Part shown: in pieces, positions 50,135-61,433 of the stretch
Layout: the number at the start of each line of letters is the position of its first letter
Numbering within the stretch: position 1 is the first letter of the stretch
Assembly (NCBI GenBank): GCA_002104905.1
Contig: MCFE01000209.1
Location: 62,001 to 126,000 of the forward strand
DNA from: Basidiobolus meristosporus CBS 931.73
Lineage: Eukaryota > Fungi > Basidiobolomycota
Reading direction: 5' to 3'
DNA length: 64,000 bases
Made by a program: the position numbers and the translations under genes
The notes under the pieces: generated by a model
Told to the model about the DNA's origin: nothing
What the model saw: only the letters and a program-made list of their open reading frames with translations
Databases searched by the model: none

Positions 50135-53100
50135 TGTTGTAAAAATTTGTAATTCCACCTAGATATTCACCTAACTTAGTCACTTCAATCAATACCCTAA
50201 AATCCTAGAGAATACTGACCAAATCCATTGTTGGGATTTACCTAGAATATTTTCACCAAAATATCAGGTACCCAGAACATGAAGATTCTCAAAGTTGTCC
50301 AAACAGCCCCAAACTTTGCACACATGTTCTTGGGACCTTCCTTAACCTATTATACGTGTTTGTAATGCCAAGACCAGGTAAAAGTATAAATACTACTTTT
50401 GCATTCAATAAATCATTAAGGGAAAACCACATTATCTACTTGTTCTCCCAATCACTTCCAATATCTCCAAGACTCTTACAACAGGTTATGAGCCCTGGGC
50501 TGTCACTCTCTGCAATGTCTACTACTGCTATTACTGGAATTTTTACCTCTGCTGAAAAGTTGGATGGATCTAACTACCAAGTGTGGAAGGTGAAGATGAA
50601 GTTGCTGCTATAAGAAAGAGGCCTTTGGGATATTGTCATGGGAGAAGAATGCCCTCCTAAGAACATGGGAGAGGAAGCCTTAAAGTACAAGAAGAAAGAA
50701 CAAAGTGCCTTTAATTGCATTTGCCTTAATGTTAAGGACAAATTGCTAATTCAATGCTCAGGAGCAAAAACGGCAAAGAATGCCTGGAAGGCATTAGAAG
50801 ACACCTACCAGTCATGTTCAGCTGCCAAGAAGATGTATCTGAGACAAAAATTCTTTACTACAAAGATGCTGCCAGGAGAAGAAATGAAAAATCTAATTAA
50901 CATAATTACCCTGCTGGTAGATGAGATGGAATCTGTGGGCATACCAACTACTGATGAGGATGTGATAGTTACCATCCTGAATAGCCTGACAGACAAGTTT
51001 CAGGGCCTTGTATCAGCCCTAGAGCTCAGAACTGAAGATTTGACCTTAAATTATGTATATGGAAGGCTCCTGGATGAAGAATTAAGAAAATCAAGCGCTA
51101 ATAAGAAGGAAGAAGAAAATGCTTTAATAAGCAATGATAGCCAACAAAGGAGGTACCCAAGACCCTACAAAGGCAACAGCAACCTATTTTGCAACTACTA
51201 CAAAAGGAAAGGACACACATCAGACCGGTGTCTCAAAAAGAGAGATTATCAGCAAAAGAAGCCTGAATATGGAAATGTTGCAACAACTGAAGATATACTA
51301 TGCATATCTGCACTAAATATGACCACAAACAAGGATTCTCAGATGCGGTATATTGACTCTGGAGCTTCTCAACACTTTACACACCAAAAAGAACTTTTTA
51401 CCCAATATGAAGATATTCCAATTAAGAAGGTTTTCATGGGTGACAATAGAACACTTGATGCAGTGGGAGAAGGAACTATCCAAGTAAACCTAAGAAGCAG
51501 TGAAGGAAGTCATACACTGACCTTTAAAGAAGTACTCTATGTACCAGAAATAGCCAAGAACCTACTCTCTGTAAGCAAGGTCACAGCAGAAGGACTCAGT
51601 TTCAGTTTTGACAATTCTGGATGCAGGATCACTGATCAAAATGTTGCCCATATTGCTTTGGGCATCAGAGATCAGAATCTATACAAGTTGACTTATATTC
51701 CATCATATTTGGTAGCCAATATAAGTAACTAAAATGAAGAAACACCAATGCTTTTGCACAGGAGATTTGGGCACATCAATTTTGATTATTTGTGCAAAAT
51801 GATCAAAGATCAGCTAATTTCTGGAGTGAAAATTGATCCCCCAGCTAATTTGGAGCACTGTGAAGCCTGCATTTATGGGAAACAAGCCAGACAACCGTTC
51901 AAGGGCTCTGGGTCAATCAAAACTAAGAAAAAATTAGATCTAACTCACTCAGATCTGTGTGGACCTATGCAAAATTTATCCTTAGGCAGGATGAAGTATT
52001 TAATCACTTTTATTGATGATTATACAAGATACACATGGGTCTACTTCATGGAGAGAAAGGAAGAAGCTCTGTCTAAGCTCAGGGAGTTCAAAGCCATGCT
52101 GGAGAGAGAAACTGGTGAAAAAATCAAGAAAATACGCTCTGACAATGGTGGAGAATATACCTCAAAACTCTTCATCCACTTCTGCAAAATTCATGGGATA
52201 AAGCAAGAGACTACTGTACCATACTCTCCACAGCAAAATGGAGTAGCAGAACGTGCTAACAGATCAATAATTGATATGGCAAGATCTATAATCCATGATC
52301 AAAAATTATCCTATGATTTTTGGGCGGAATCAGTTGCCACCACTGTATACCTTAAAAATAGGAGTTATAACAGAATACTTTGTGCTTCTACTCCACTTGA
52401 AGCATGGCATGGATACAGACCAAGTGCAGAACATCTAAGAATATTTGGGTGTACAGCATATGCCAAAAAACTGGCCAGAAATCAGTCAAAATTTGAACCA
52501 AAAAGTGTAAAATGCGTATTTTTGGGCTACTGCAATGAGAGTAAGGCATACAGACTCTACAATACCAAAGCAAAGAAGCTGATCAAGTCCAGGGATGTGT
52601 TGTTTGATGAAAATTCAAAATTTTCACAAAAAATGACATCAGATGATGACAAAAATCTGATCTCAAGTCCACCAATTGTCAGGATTGAATCAGAGCAAAA
52701 CAATGAAAATTTTTCACTCCAGAGGACTCTACAACCATGGTTCAGCCAGAATCAGTGCCCAGGAATATCCCAGAAGTGATCATTCCAATATCAAATGCCT
52801 GGAGATCCAATTGGACAAGAAATAGCTCAGATTACTATATCAATGAGGGTACAAACTTAGCCTATGCCTATTCAGTCCATATTGATGAACCCCAGACTGT
52901 AAAAGAGGCCCTGAATAGCCCTCAGACAAAGTTTTGGAGATCTGCAATGACTGAGGAATATCAGGCCCTGATGGAAAATCAAACTTGGGACTTGGTCAAA
53001 TTACCAATCAACCAAAAATCAATTGGATGCAGATGGGTCTTTAAGACAAAGTACATGGCTGATTATACAATTGAGAGATACAAAGCAAGACTTGTAGCCA

Positions 53101-54815
53101 AAGGATACTCTCAAACAAAAGGACTTGACTATACTGAGACCTTTGCACTGGTAGCCAAGTTTAATTCCATCAGATTAATTTTGGCTATTGCAGCAAACTA
53201 AAGTTTTTATTCATCAAATGGATGTAAAAACTGCATTTTTGGATGGAGAACTTGATGAGGAGATGTGTATGGACCAGCCTGATGGGTTTGTTGACCAAGA
53301 TAACCCTCATTTGGTCTGCAAGCTTAAAAAGTCACTATATGGTCTCAAACAATCACCAAGAGCCTGGAATTGCAAGATAGATTCTTATTTGGAATCCCTG
53401 AGTTTCAAAAGAAGTAATGCTGACTATAGTATATACTATAAGCCAGATAGAGCAAATCCAGTTCTATTAGCTCTATATGTGGATGATCTTATTATAGCCA
53501 CCAACAACCTAGAAACATTGGAAGTGACTAAATCCAGCCTATCTAAGGAGTTCAAGATGTCTGATCTAGGAGAACTTAGTTACTACTTAGGGATTAAGTT
53601 CTCCATAGACAGAAGTACCCAGACTATTACTCTAAGCCAGTCCAAGTATATTCAAGATATACTAAAGAAGTACCAAATGGAAGACTGTAAACTGGCAACT
53701 ACCCCAATGGAGACAAACCTTAACTTGGTCAAAACTCAACCAAATCAAGAGAGCTTGGTGCCATCTGAAAGCCCTGACTTTCCTTATCAATCTATGGTTA
53801 GCAGTCTGATGTATAACATGCTTGGAACATGTCCAGATATCTCATATTCAGTGGGAGTTGTCAGCCAACATAATCAGAACTATGGATCTGATCATATTGC
53901 AGCAGTTAAGTGGATTTTTAGATACCTAAAAGGAACTGCTGATATCTGCTTAAGATACACTTATAAGGACTCAGAACAGGATCTTGTGGGATACTCTGAT
54001 GCTGATTGGGGACAAAATTTGGAAGACAGAAGATCCACCACAGGATACACCTTTCTTTACTGTAAGGAGCAATTTCATGGAATTCAAGAAAGCAACCAAC
54101 TGTAGCACTTTCCACCACAGAGGCATAGTATATGGCAGCCTGTGAAGCTACAAAAGAAGCAATGTGGTTAAGAAAACTTTTTACAGATTTAGGCTTATGT
54201 CAAAAAACGCCTATTACTTTATTTCAAGATAATCAAGGATGTATACAATTAGGTAGAAATCCAACTTTTCATGCTAGAACCAAGCACATAGTTATTAGAC
54301 ATCATTTCATATGTGAAGCTATAGAGAATAACTTAGTTAGCTTAGTTTACTGTCCTACAGATGAAATGATTGCAGACATATTTACCAAACCATTAGCTAG
54401 AGACAGGTTTGAATATCTTAGGTCAAAATTAGGACTAGTCAGTATGAACATTTAGCTGAGTGGGAGTGTTGTAAAAATTTGTAATTCCATTTAAATATTC
54501 ACCTAACTTAGTCACTTCAATCATTACCCTTAAATCCTAGAAAATACTGACCAAATTCCTTGTTGGGATTTACCTAGAATATTTTCACCAAAATACCAGG
54601 TACCCAGAACATGAAAATTCTCAAAGTTGTCCAAACAGCCCCAAACTTTGCACACGTGTTTTTGGGACCTTCCTTAGCCTATTCTACGTGTTTGTAGTGC
54701 CAAGACCAGGTAAAAGTATAAATACTACTTTTACATTCAATAAATCATTAAGTGAAAACCACATTATATACTTGTTCTCCAAATCACTTCCAATATCTCC
54801 AAGACTCTTACAACA
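50135..54815 (+). mobile_element. Full-length Ty1/copia element (LTRs 50135-50483 and 54467-54815), defective
   Basis: Perfect TSD CTATC. PBS GGTTATGAGCCCTG. Complete gag-PR-IN-RT-RH order (IDSGASQH, HSDLCGP, RSDNGGEY, PQQNGVAER, LYVDDL). Stops at 50611, 51730 and ~54127; frameshifts near 52740, 53190 and 54075. Confidence 0.97.
50484..50497 (+). promoter_or_regulatory. Primer-binding site complementary to the anticodon stem-loop of initiator tRNA-Met (half-tRNA priming)
   Basis: GGTTATGAGCCCTG is the reverse complement of CAGGGCUCAUAACC, the anticodon arm of fungal tRNAiMet (as in Ty5 and Drosophila copia). Second copy at 16617-16628. Confidence 0.88.
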
Positions 54816-55320
54816 CTATCATGGCAGTGTTCCAAAGGCCTCTTTCCTGCAACAGCATCTTTATTGTCACCTTCCAGATTTCATAGCCAGATCCATGCAG
54901 CTTTTTAGCAGACAGAAAGTTCCACTTATATGGTGTTTAACACTTCAGAGAGTGAGAGCTTGAGCTTATAACCTGTTGTAAGAGTTCTGGAGAAATTGCA
55001 AGTGACGGGGAGTACAGGTAGACTATGTGATTTTCAATTGATGATTTATGAATGTAAATGCAGCATTTATACTTTTACATGGTCCTGGGAAAAAACCACA
55101 TTGAATATGTTTGGGAAGATCTCAAGAATATGTGTGCAAAGGTTGTGTGGCTTGGACAACTCTGTGGAATTTCATACTCTGGGTACCTGATATTTTGTTG
55201 AATGTATCCTAAGTAAGCCCCAAGAAAGAATATGGTCAGAATTCTCTAAGACTCATTGGTAATGATCTAAGTGCCCCAGTTAGGTGAGTATTTAGGTGTA
55301 AATACTAAGCTTACAAAACA
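54816..55320 (-). mobile_element. 5' LTR (54974-55320), PBS and gag start of the older copia copy
   Basis: Reverse complement reads LTR...CTCTTACAACA GGTTATAAGCTC, then KLHGSGYEIWKVTIKMLLQERGLW. It joins 49870-50134 across the CTATC TSD. Confidence 0.85.
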
Positions 55321-56332
55321 CTTAACTTGGTCACTGAGCCCATGGTCTACAAATCTTGAATTCTGCCAAATGCAGTTTTGAGACAGCCTTTTCACAGGAT
55401 CATCAATATTATTATTCACAAGGTAAAGACCTCAAGAGAATGTGTGCAACAACTGGGGGCTCATGAGCTGCTTACTCAATTTGCCTGCTTTTCACTCTCG
55501 ATGTCATTGTGAAAACAATCCATGTAGGCCTGCTTGAGGACCGGACTAACTGAGCAAGCTGGCTAATAATACCCAAACAGAATTGTAAGACAATGATATG
55601 TAACGCAGCCGCTAGCTTGATAGAAAGCAAGATATCACATTGGTTTAGGTGCAAAACCAAACAATTTCCACAACTTCCACTCATATATGGGAAATCCCTT
55701 GATCACCCAAGTCCATAACCATCATTTATGATGATATGGGTACAAAGCCTAATTTCCATTGCTCCACAATACTGAATAGCCACCTGGAGCAAATTGCACA
55801 GTTCCACTCCAAACAGTTAACATTCCGGAACTAGATCTATGTATATAAATCATTGCGAGCACATAAATCACCAAATAGGAACTGGTGGATGCGTACTGCC
55901 CAATTCCTCATTGCACCTACCTCTGCAAAACACGTCAACCATCCAACCACATCAGATGATCCGAGCGCAGTCATAATTCAATTGGGTCGTTTCATTGGGT
56001 AATTCAACCGACTCCCAAGCCACCTTCGATATCATCGAGTCCCACACCAACCCTTGGGTTCACTCCTTTCCACTCAGCCGTACCCACTGCGTCAAATGGT
56101 GGGAACGCTGTAATCATTGGTGTCTGCCATCGAAGAAACATACGTCATGCAGCGGGGTTTCGTATCTCCTTGACTGATCTAAGTGACCTCCATTCAGCAT
56201 GTTTGATCGAGGCTAGAATAATCCAGCTTTGTTTACTCGATGTGATTGTTTACCACCTCCGATGCGGCACCATCTCCCTTCGAGGAGACGCAGCGCAACC
56301 AGAACTTTCACCTTCCCTGGGACGGAACCCCC

Positions 56333-57205
56333 ATGCCAGAGCAAACCGAGGACCTGGATCTCTACGAGATACTTCAGGTCGGCCAGGAGGCTTCGCTCAG
56401 CGAGGTGAAGCGAGCCTACTACAAACTGGTCCTGCTGCACCACCCATACAAAGCCCGGGAGGACGTGGAGGCCTCCAAGCTGAATTTCGAATAGATCGGG
56501 TTCGCTACGCAGTGCTAGGCGATGCCAAACGTAGGAGTCACTACGATCGAACCGGCTCGACGGAGGAGGGGTTACTGGACGATGTGGAGGGTAGGGATTG
56601 GATCGCATACTTCCAGGAACTGTTCACCAGCTTCCCCACGGAGAGCATTCAGGAGTTCTCGGAGAAATACAAATGCATGCTTGTTTGAAGTGGGTCTTTC
56701 CTCCCCTTCGTCCCTCTATTAATCCTAACCCTGAACTTCGCGGGTCACTTCGCGAAGGCTCCACCGAAGAATACGAAGACCTGATCACGGCCTATGAAAC
56801 GCACAAGGGTGACATGGGCCTGATCCTGAGCCCAGTGCTACTCGCCGAAGCTGAGGATGAGGATCGCCTACGGGAAATATTGCACTCCGCCATCAAGAAG
56901 GGAGATGTCAAAGCGTACAAGAAATTCACCAAGGTCGACAAGAAAGCCAAAGCGCGTAGACGTCAAGCTGCTGCCAAGGAGGCGAAGGAGCTGGGCATAG
57001 ACAAGAAGTTGAAACGGAAGCCGACGAGGATTCCCTACGAGCATTGATCCAGCAACGCAGCGGGAACCGAATGAATCCGCTGATGGACAGTCCGGAGGCC
57101 AAGTATGCCTCGAAGGAAATCAAGGGGAAGAAGAGAAAGACCTTGGCCAAGGAGCCCTCGGAGGAGTTCCAGGCGCTGCAAGAGAAGCATTTCGCCCGCA
57201 AGTGA
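56333..57205 (+). pseudogene. DNAJC9-like J-domain protein pseudogene
   Basis: DLYEILQV..EASLSEVKRAYYKL J-domain with HPD changed to HPY (56441-56449). In-frame TAG 56492. Frameshifts near 56505 and 57017. Intron remnant ~56676-56755. C-terminal EE..DL..AYE..KGDM..IL and DEDSLRALIQQR...EAKY...EPSEEFQALQ segments are typical of DNAJC9. Confidence 0.85.
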
Positions 57206-57398
57206 TGAAAGACCTTTATTTATGTACTGCTTGATCCATACCAGACTTTCAAGAAATCCCTTTTTATTAAACAAAAGTGCGTGGCTGATTCTCCAGCAAA
57301 TAAAAACATCTATTCTTCAAGGAATACTGTACTGTACATGAAATTAAGATTGGCTTCGGTGGTGGTGGTGGTGGCAGTGGCACCGGGAAGCCGACTTC

Positions 57399-58825
57399 TC
57401 AGATATCTTGTTGCAACGAATTGAATACTTTCCAAAAGAATACACCAGCGTCGCCCTTGGAGAACGATATGGCTTTGGTCAGATATCCAGGCAAGATCTG
57501 CATCAGGGCCGTATCGGCCTCGTCCAGGTTGGGCTCGAAATGGTACGAGTCAGGCTCATCGTGCTCCAGCCGTAGAATATACCGGAATACTGCAACAATG
57601 ACCAGGTTAGTGTAGGTTGGAGAAGGGGCATCCAGCATCCAAGGGGGTTTACCTCCGTTGCGACCAGTTTGTTCGCACTCCCAAGTGGTCCCCTCTTTCT
57701 CTCGCTCCATGGATATGACCTGTAGGCCAGCAAGCTCCTTGTACAGCCCCAAAGACAAGGTGAGATCGTCCTGTTGATTCACGGCCAGCTTCTGGTTTTC
57801 GGCTTGCAGCTGCTCGACTAGAAACGGAGGGTTATGGTGCGGCCCTCACAATGGGACCATGTTGAAGCAACTTACTTTGTTCCTTCAGTGAGTGGATGTC
57901 CTCCTCTTGCTTTTGAATCAGACTCTCCTCCTTCGAGTTGGTCTTGGATTTCTTAAGCGTCGCGATCTGTCCCTTCAGTTGGTTGATGAGGTTGTCCGAA
58001 ACTAAGGTGGCGGTTAGTAAGCCTGCTACCACCAGAATAGCCAGCGCACTTACATTTGAAGCGGTCTTGCGCGTTCTTTTTGTACTCTCCGAAATTTGTC
58101 TCAGCCTCTTGGATACCGATACGCTTCAATTCCTCGTATCTTTCTAGAAGGTCGCGGTACTCCCTCTTGACCTAGAATGAAGGTGAAGTTAGCTACCGCG
58201 TGGGGCAGGCGGTGAGTTCGCGTTTGTTACCTTTTCGAGGTCATCAGTGTTTGCCAGAGAAGGATGGCCAGCTTCATCTGATCTATTGGTACGCTTGGAC
58301 CGAGGCTTATCTAGGGTGACGGCTCCATTGGTTACATCTTTGCTTATTTCCCGTGCTCTCTTTCTGGGAGGAATGGGGGAATGATTAGCGGTGTACACTA
58401 CCGCCGACTCCCGGTCTCTAGGGGGAGACACCAAAACGGAGAACTCGGGGGAATCCGGGTCGGCGTCTGTCGTCCGGGAACCAAAACTGACAGATTTACG
58501 GGATTTCCTCTCCTGTCTAGTTGCCTTTGGTGGGGTTGCCTCCATCGAATCATCGCTCAACAAGAGTTTCGCCTCAGCGCGTGAAACTAGAGGGCGGTTA
58601 CAAAGCTGTGAGTACTTCGCAATAAAAGAGGGTGGAACGTGACGGATACTCACTTCCTCTGGCAGGCTTGCTTTCCTCAGAAGGCTTGGCTGCGGCAGGA
58701 AAGAGCAGTTCAGTCCATCTGAATCAGTAAAAACGCGAAATTCGCTTGGCCGACAACATACCTGAGGCGGACTTTTTTTTCTTTGCGGCGGCACTCCTTC
58801 TGGCTTTGTAAAACGGGCGAGGCAT
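57399..58825 (-). CDS. CSM1: Monopolin complex subunit Csm1/Pcs1 (multi-exon)
   Basis: Introns 58172-58230, 58002-58053, 57818-57875 and 57590-57652 splice in frame. Product includes YEELKRIGIQEAETNF...LINQLK (coiled coil) and LYKELAGLQV...WECEQTGRNG...FEPNLD...LPGYLTKAISF (Csm1 RWD-like domain). ATG at 58825; 5' exon boundaries uncertain. Confidence 0.82.
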
Positions 58826-59436
58826 TTTAACACGTGAAGCGGGTGGGGGCACTGGAGTGTTAGAGGTGAAAAATTGAGAAGGTTTGGAGCTCACGAGAGT
58901 AATGTCTCTTCTGGAATAGACGAAAATGTCGGGGAAAATAAGTAAATGGTTTAAAACAAACCACCAAATCTCATGCAGAACCCGAATAGCGGGGCAAAGA
59001 ATTTTCGCGTATGAGCATCTTCAAACAAACAAGCCCTCAGAACGTAGCCAATCAACACCAAAGCTCGTCTCTTTGTTGTGATTCAGCATGTTGTCAGAGC
59101 CATGGACCTGAGTCAGCTAAGCAATTGATATTCCTGGTTAACATTCAGGTTAAGTTGTGAAGAAAGTTTCCATTAGGTTCCTATAGAGTCAGCCAATGGT
59201 GGAGTTGACCAGGTTGCTGATAATCAAATCTTACATAGCTACAGTCGTTGAAGTACGAGGTCACTTGATTGCCAAAATTAGATAAATGTGTATAGGAGAC
59301 ATCAAGATAGATACCATCTCTGATCAATACCTACTTACCCCAACCATCTTCAGATATTATAATTCAAGACTAAAATATAAATACTTCTCTTGGTACGCGA
59401 AGGAAACTCGCCTTCATTAATCAAGAGGTTTCACAA

Positions 59437-61074
59437 ATGTTCAAGACTTCGATTGCCGGAATTTCTATCCTCAGTAAGGTTAAGCCAGCTCAGGCTGAGA
59501 TCCTCACTGATGATGCTATCAGATTCGTAGCTACCCTTCACCGCGCCTTCAATCCTACTCGCTTGGCCCTCCTCAAGCGTCGTGAGGAGCGTCAGAGAGA
59601 GCTCGACAACGGTGTTCTCCCCGACTTCCTCCCCGAGACTGCCTACATCCGTAACGACCCCAACTGGAGAGCTGCTCGCCCAGCCCCCGGCCTCGAGGAC
59701 CGTCGTGTGGAGATCACTGGCCCGGTCGACAGAAAGATGGTCATCAATGCCTTGAACTCCGGGGCCAAGACTTTCATGGCCGACTTCGAGGACTCCTCAG
59801 CCCCCACCTGGGACACCGTCCTCGATGGTCAGATCAACATGCGCGATGCCCTTCGTCGCACCATCACCTTCACCGCCCCCAATGGCAAATACTACAAGCT
59901 TCGTGATGACGGCAAGATCGCCACCCTGCTCGTGCGTCCACGTGGATGGCACATGGAGGAGAAGCACTTGTTGATCGACGGCCAGCCTTGCTCAGCGTCC
60001 ATCTTTGACTTTGCCTTGTACTTCTTCCACAACGCCCGCAAGTCCATCGAGATCGGGGCCGGACCCTACTTCTACCTGCCCAAGATGGAGTCCCACCTCG
60101 AGGCCAGACTCTGGAACGACGTGTTCAATGCCGCCCAGGACATCCTCAGCATCCCCCGCGGGACCATTCGTGGCACCGTGCTGATCGAGACCATCCTTGC
60201 CTCCTTCGAGATGGACGAGATCATCTACGAGCTCCGCGACCACTCCTCCGGACTGAACTGCGGCCGCTGGGACTACATCTTCTCCTTCATCAAGAAGCTC
60301 CGCCAGCACCAGAAGTTCGTCTTGCCCGACCGGTCTGATGTCACCATGACCTCACCATTCATGGATGCCTATGTCCGCTTGTTGATCAAGACCTGCCACA
60401 AGCGTGGAGTGCACGCGATGGGAGGCATGGCCGCCAACATCCCCATCAAGAACAACCCGCAAGCCAATGAGGCCGCCATGCAAAAGGTCCGCAACGACAA
60501 GCTTCGTGAGGTGAAGGCTGGCCACGACGGTACCTGGGTTGCCCACCCCGACCTCGTTAAGATCGCCACCGGAATCTTCAACGAGCACATGGCCACCCCC
60601 AACCAGATCCACATCCGTCGCGACGACGTCGAGGTCTCTGCCGCCGACCTTCTCAACAACAACATCGAGGGCGGCAAGATCACCGAGACTGGCATCCGCA
60701 ACAACATCTCTGTTGGCCTCGCCTACACCGAAGCCTGGCTCCGTGGTTTGGGATGCGTCCCCATCCACAACCTCATGGAGGATGCCGCCACTGCCGAGAT
60801 CTCTCGCTCCCAATTGTGGCAATGGGCCAAGCACCAGGTGAAGACCGCCGAGGGCAAGCAAGTCACCCAGCAATGGCTCCAGCAACTGCTGAACGAGGAG
60901 ACCGACTCGCTGAAGAAGCAGCTCGGCAACAAGTATGCCAGCTACAAGTACGACCTCGCCAAGAAGTACATGGCCGGGCAGGTGTCGGGCAAGAACGAGG
61001 ACTATGCTGACTTCCTGACCACCTTGATCTACGATGAGATCACCACTCTTCCTTCCACCAAATCCAGACTTTAA
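59437..61074 (+). CDS. MLS1: Malate synthase (glyoxylate cycle), peroxisomal
   Basis: Intact 545-aa ORF with [37 protein letters not shown] and [13 protein letters not shown]-terminal PTS1 -SRL. No introns. Confidence 0.98.
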   Translation: MFKTSIAGISILSKVKPAQAEILTDDAIRFVATLHRAFNPTRLALLKRREERQRELDNGVLPDFLPETAYIRNDPNWRAARPAPGLEDRRVEITGPVDRKMVINALNSGAKTFMADFEDSSAPTWDTVLDGQINMRDALRRTITFTAPNGKYYKLRDDGKIATLLVRPRGWHMEEKHLLIDGQPCSASIFDFALYFFHNARKSIEIGAGPYFYLPKMESHLEARLWNDVFNAAQDILSIPRGTIRGTVLIETILASFEMDEIIYELRDHSSGLNCGRWDYIFSFIKKLRQHQKFVLPDRSDVTMTSPFMDAYVRLLIKTCHKRGVHAMGGMAANIPIKNNPQANEAAMQKVRNDKLREVKAGHDGTWVAHPDLVKIATGIFNEHMATPNQIHIRRDDVEVSAADLLNNNIEGGKITETGIRNNISVGLAYTEAWLRGLGCVPIHNLMEDAATAEISRSQLWQWAKHQVKTAEGKQVTQQWLQQLLNEETDSLKKQLGNKYASYKYDLAKKYMAGQVSGKNEDYADFLTTLIYDEITTLPSTKSRL

Positions 61075-61433
61075 ATCACCAGTTCCTTAAGATGCACATT
61101 GTACATTTCTCAATGTCCTACATTACTCAATTCGCATTCCAAGGGCTTAATATCCCACGAACCCTTAAATCGTCCCTTCGTGAAAAGTAAATAAAAAATC
61201 CTAGTTCCACAGCGAATTTTACTAGGGGTCTATGGGCCGAACCAAATTTATTTAGTAAGAATCCAACATTGAAACACCACCTGGTATGCTAGGGAAGGCG
61301 TTCGCCAAGAATCCTTGGCCGCCCGGTTGCTAATCTCGATGTCACGCTAAGACGGTGGGCTTTAAACTCATCATAAGTCACGGTTAAACAACATAAATTA
61401 AGTATATTACATTTCAAATGAAAAAGCGTCTTA

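Noticed and set aside
51730-51732. Programmed read-through stop between gag-PR and integrase
   Set aside because: The sister copy has a sense codon here (AGT TTA AAT, ~17859-17867), so the stop is a nonsense mutation.
1-55320. Classical Neurospora-type RIP
   Set aside because: CpA and TpG are abundant and the depletion is of CpG. The observed paired changes fit 5mCpG deamination. A formal RIP index was not computed.
59992-61010. Several 70-177 aa ORFs overlapping malate synthase
   Set aside because: These are shadow ORFs caused by strong codon bias and have no recognisable motifs.
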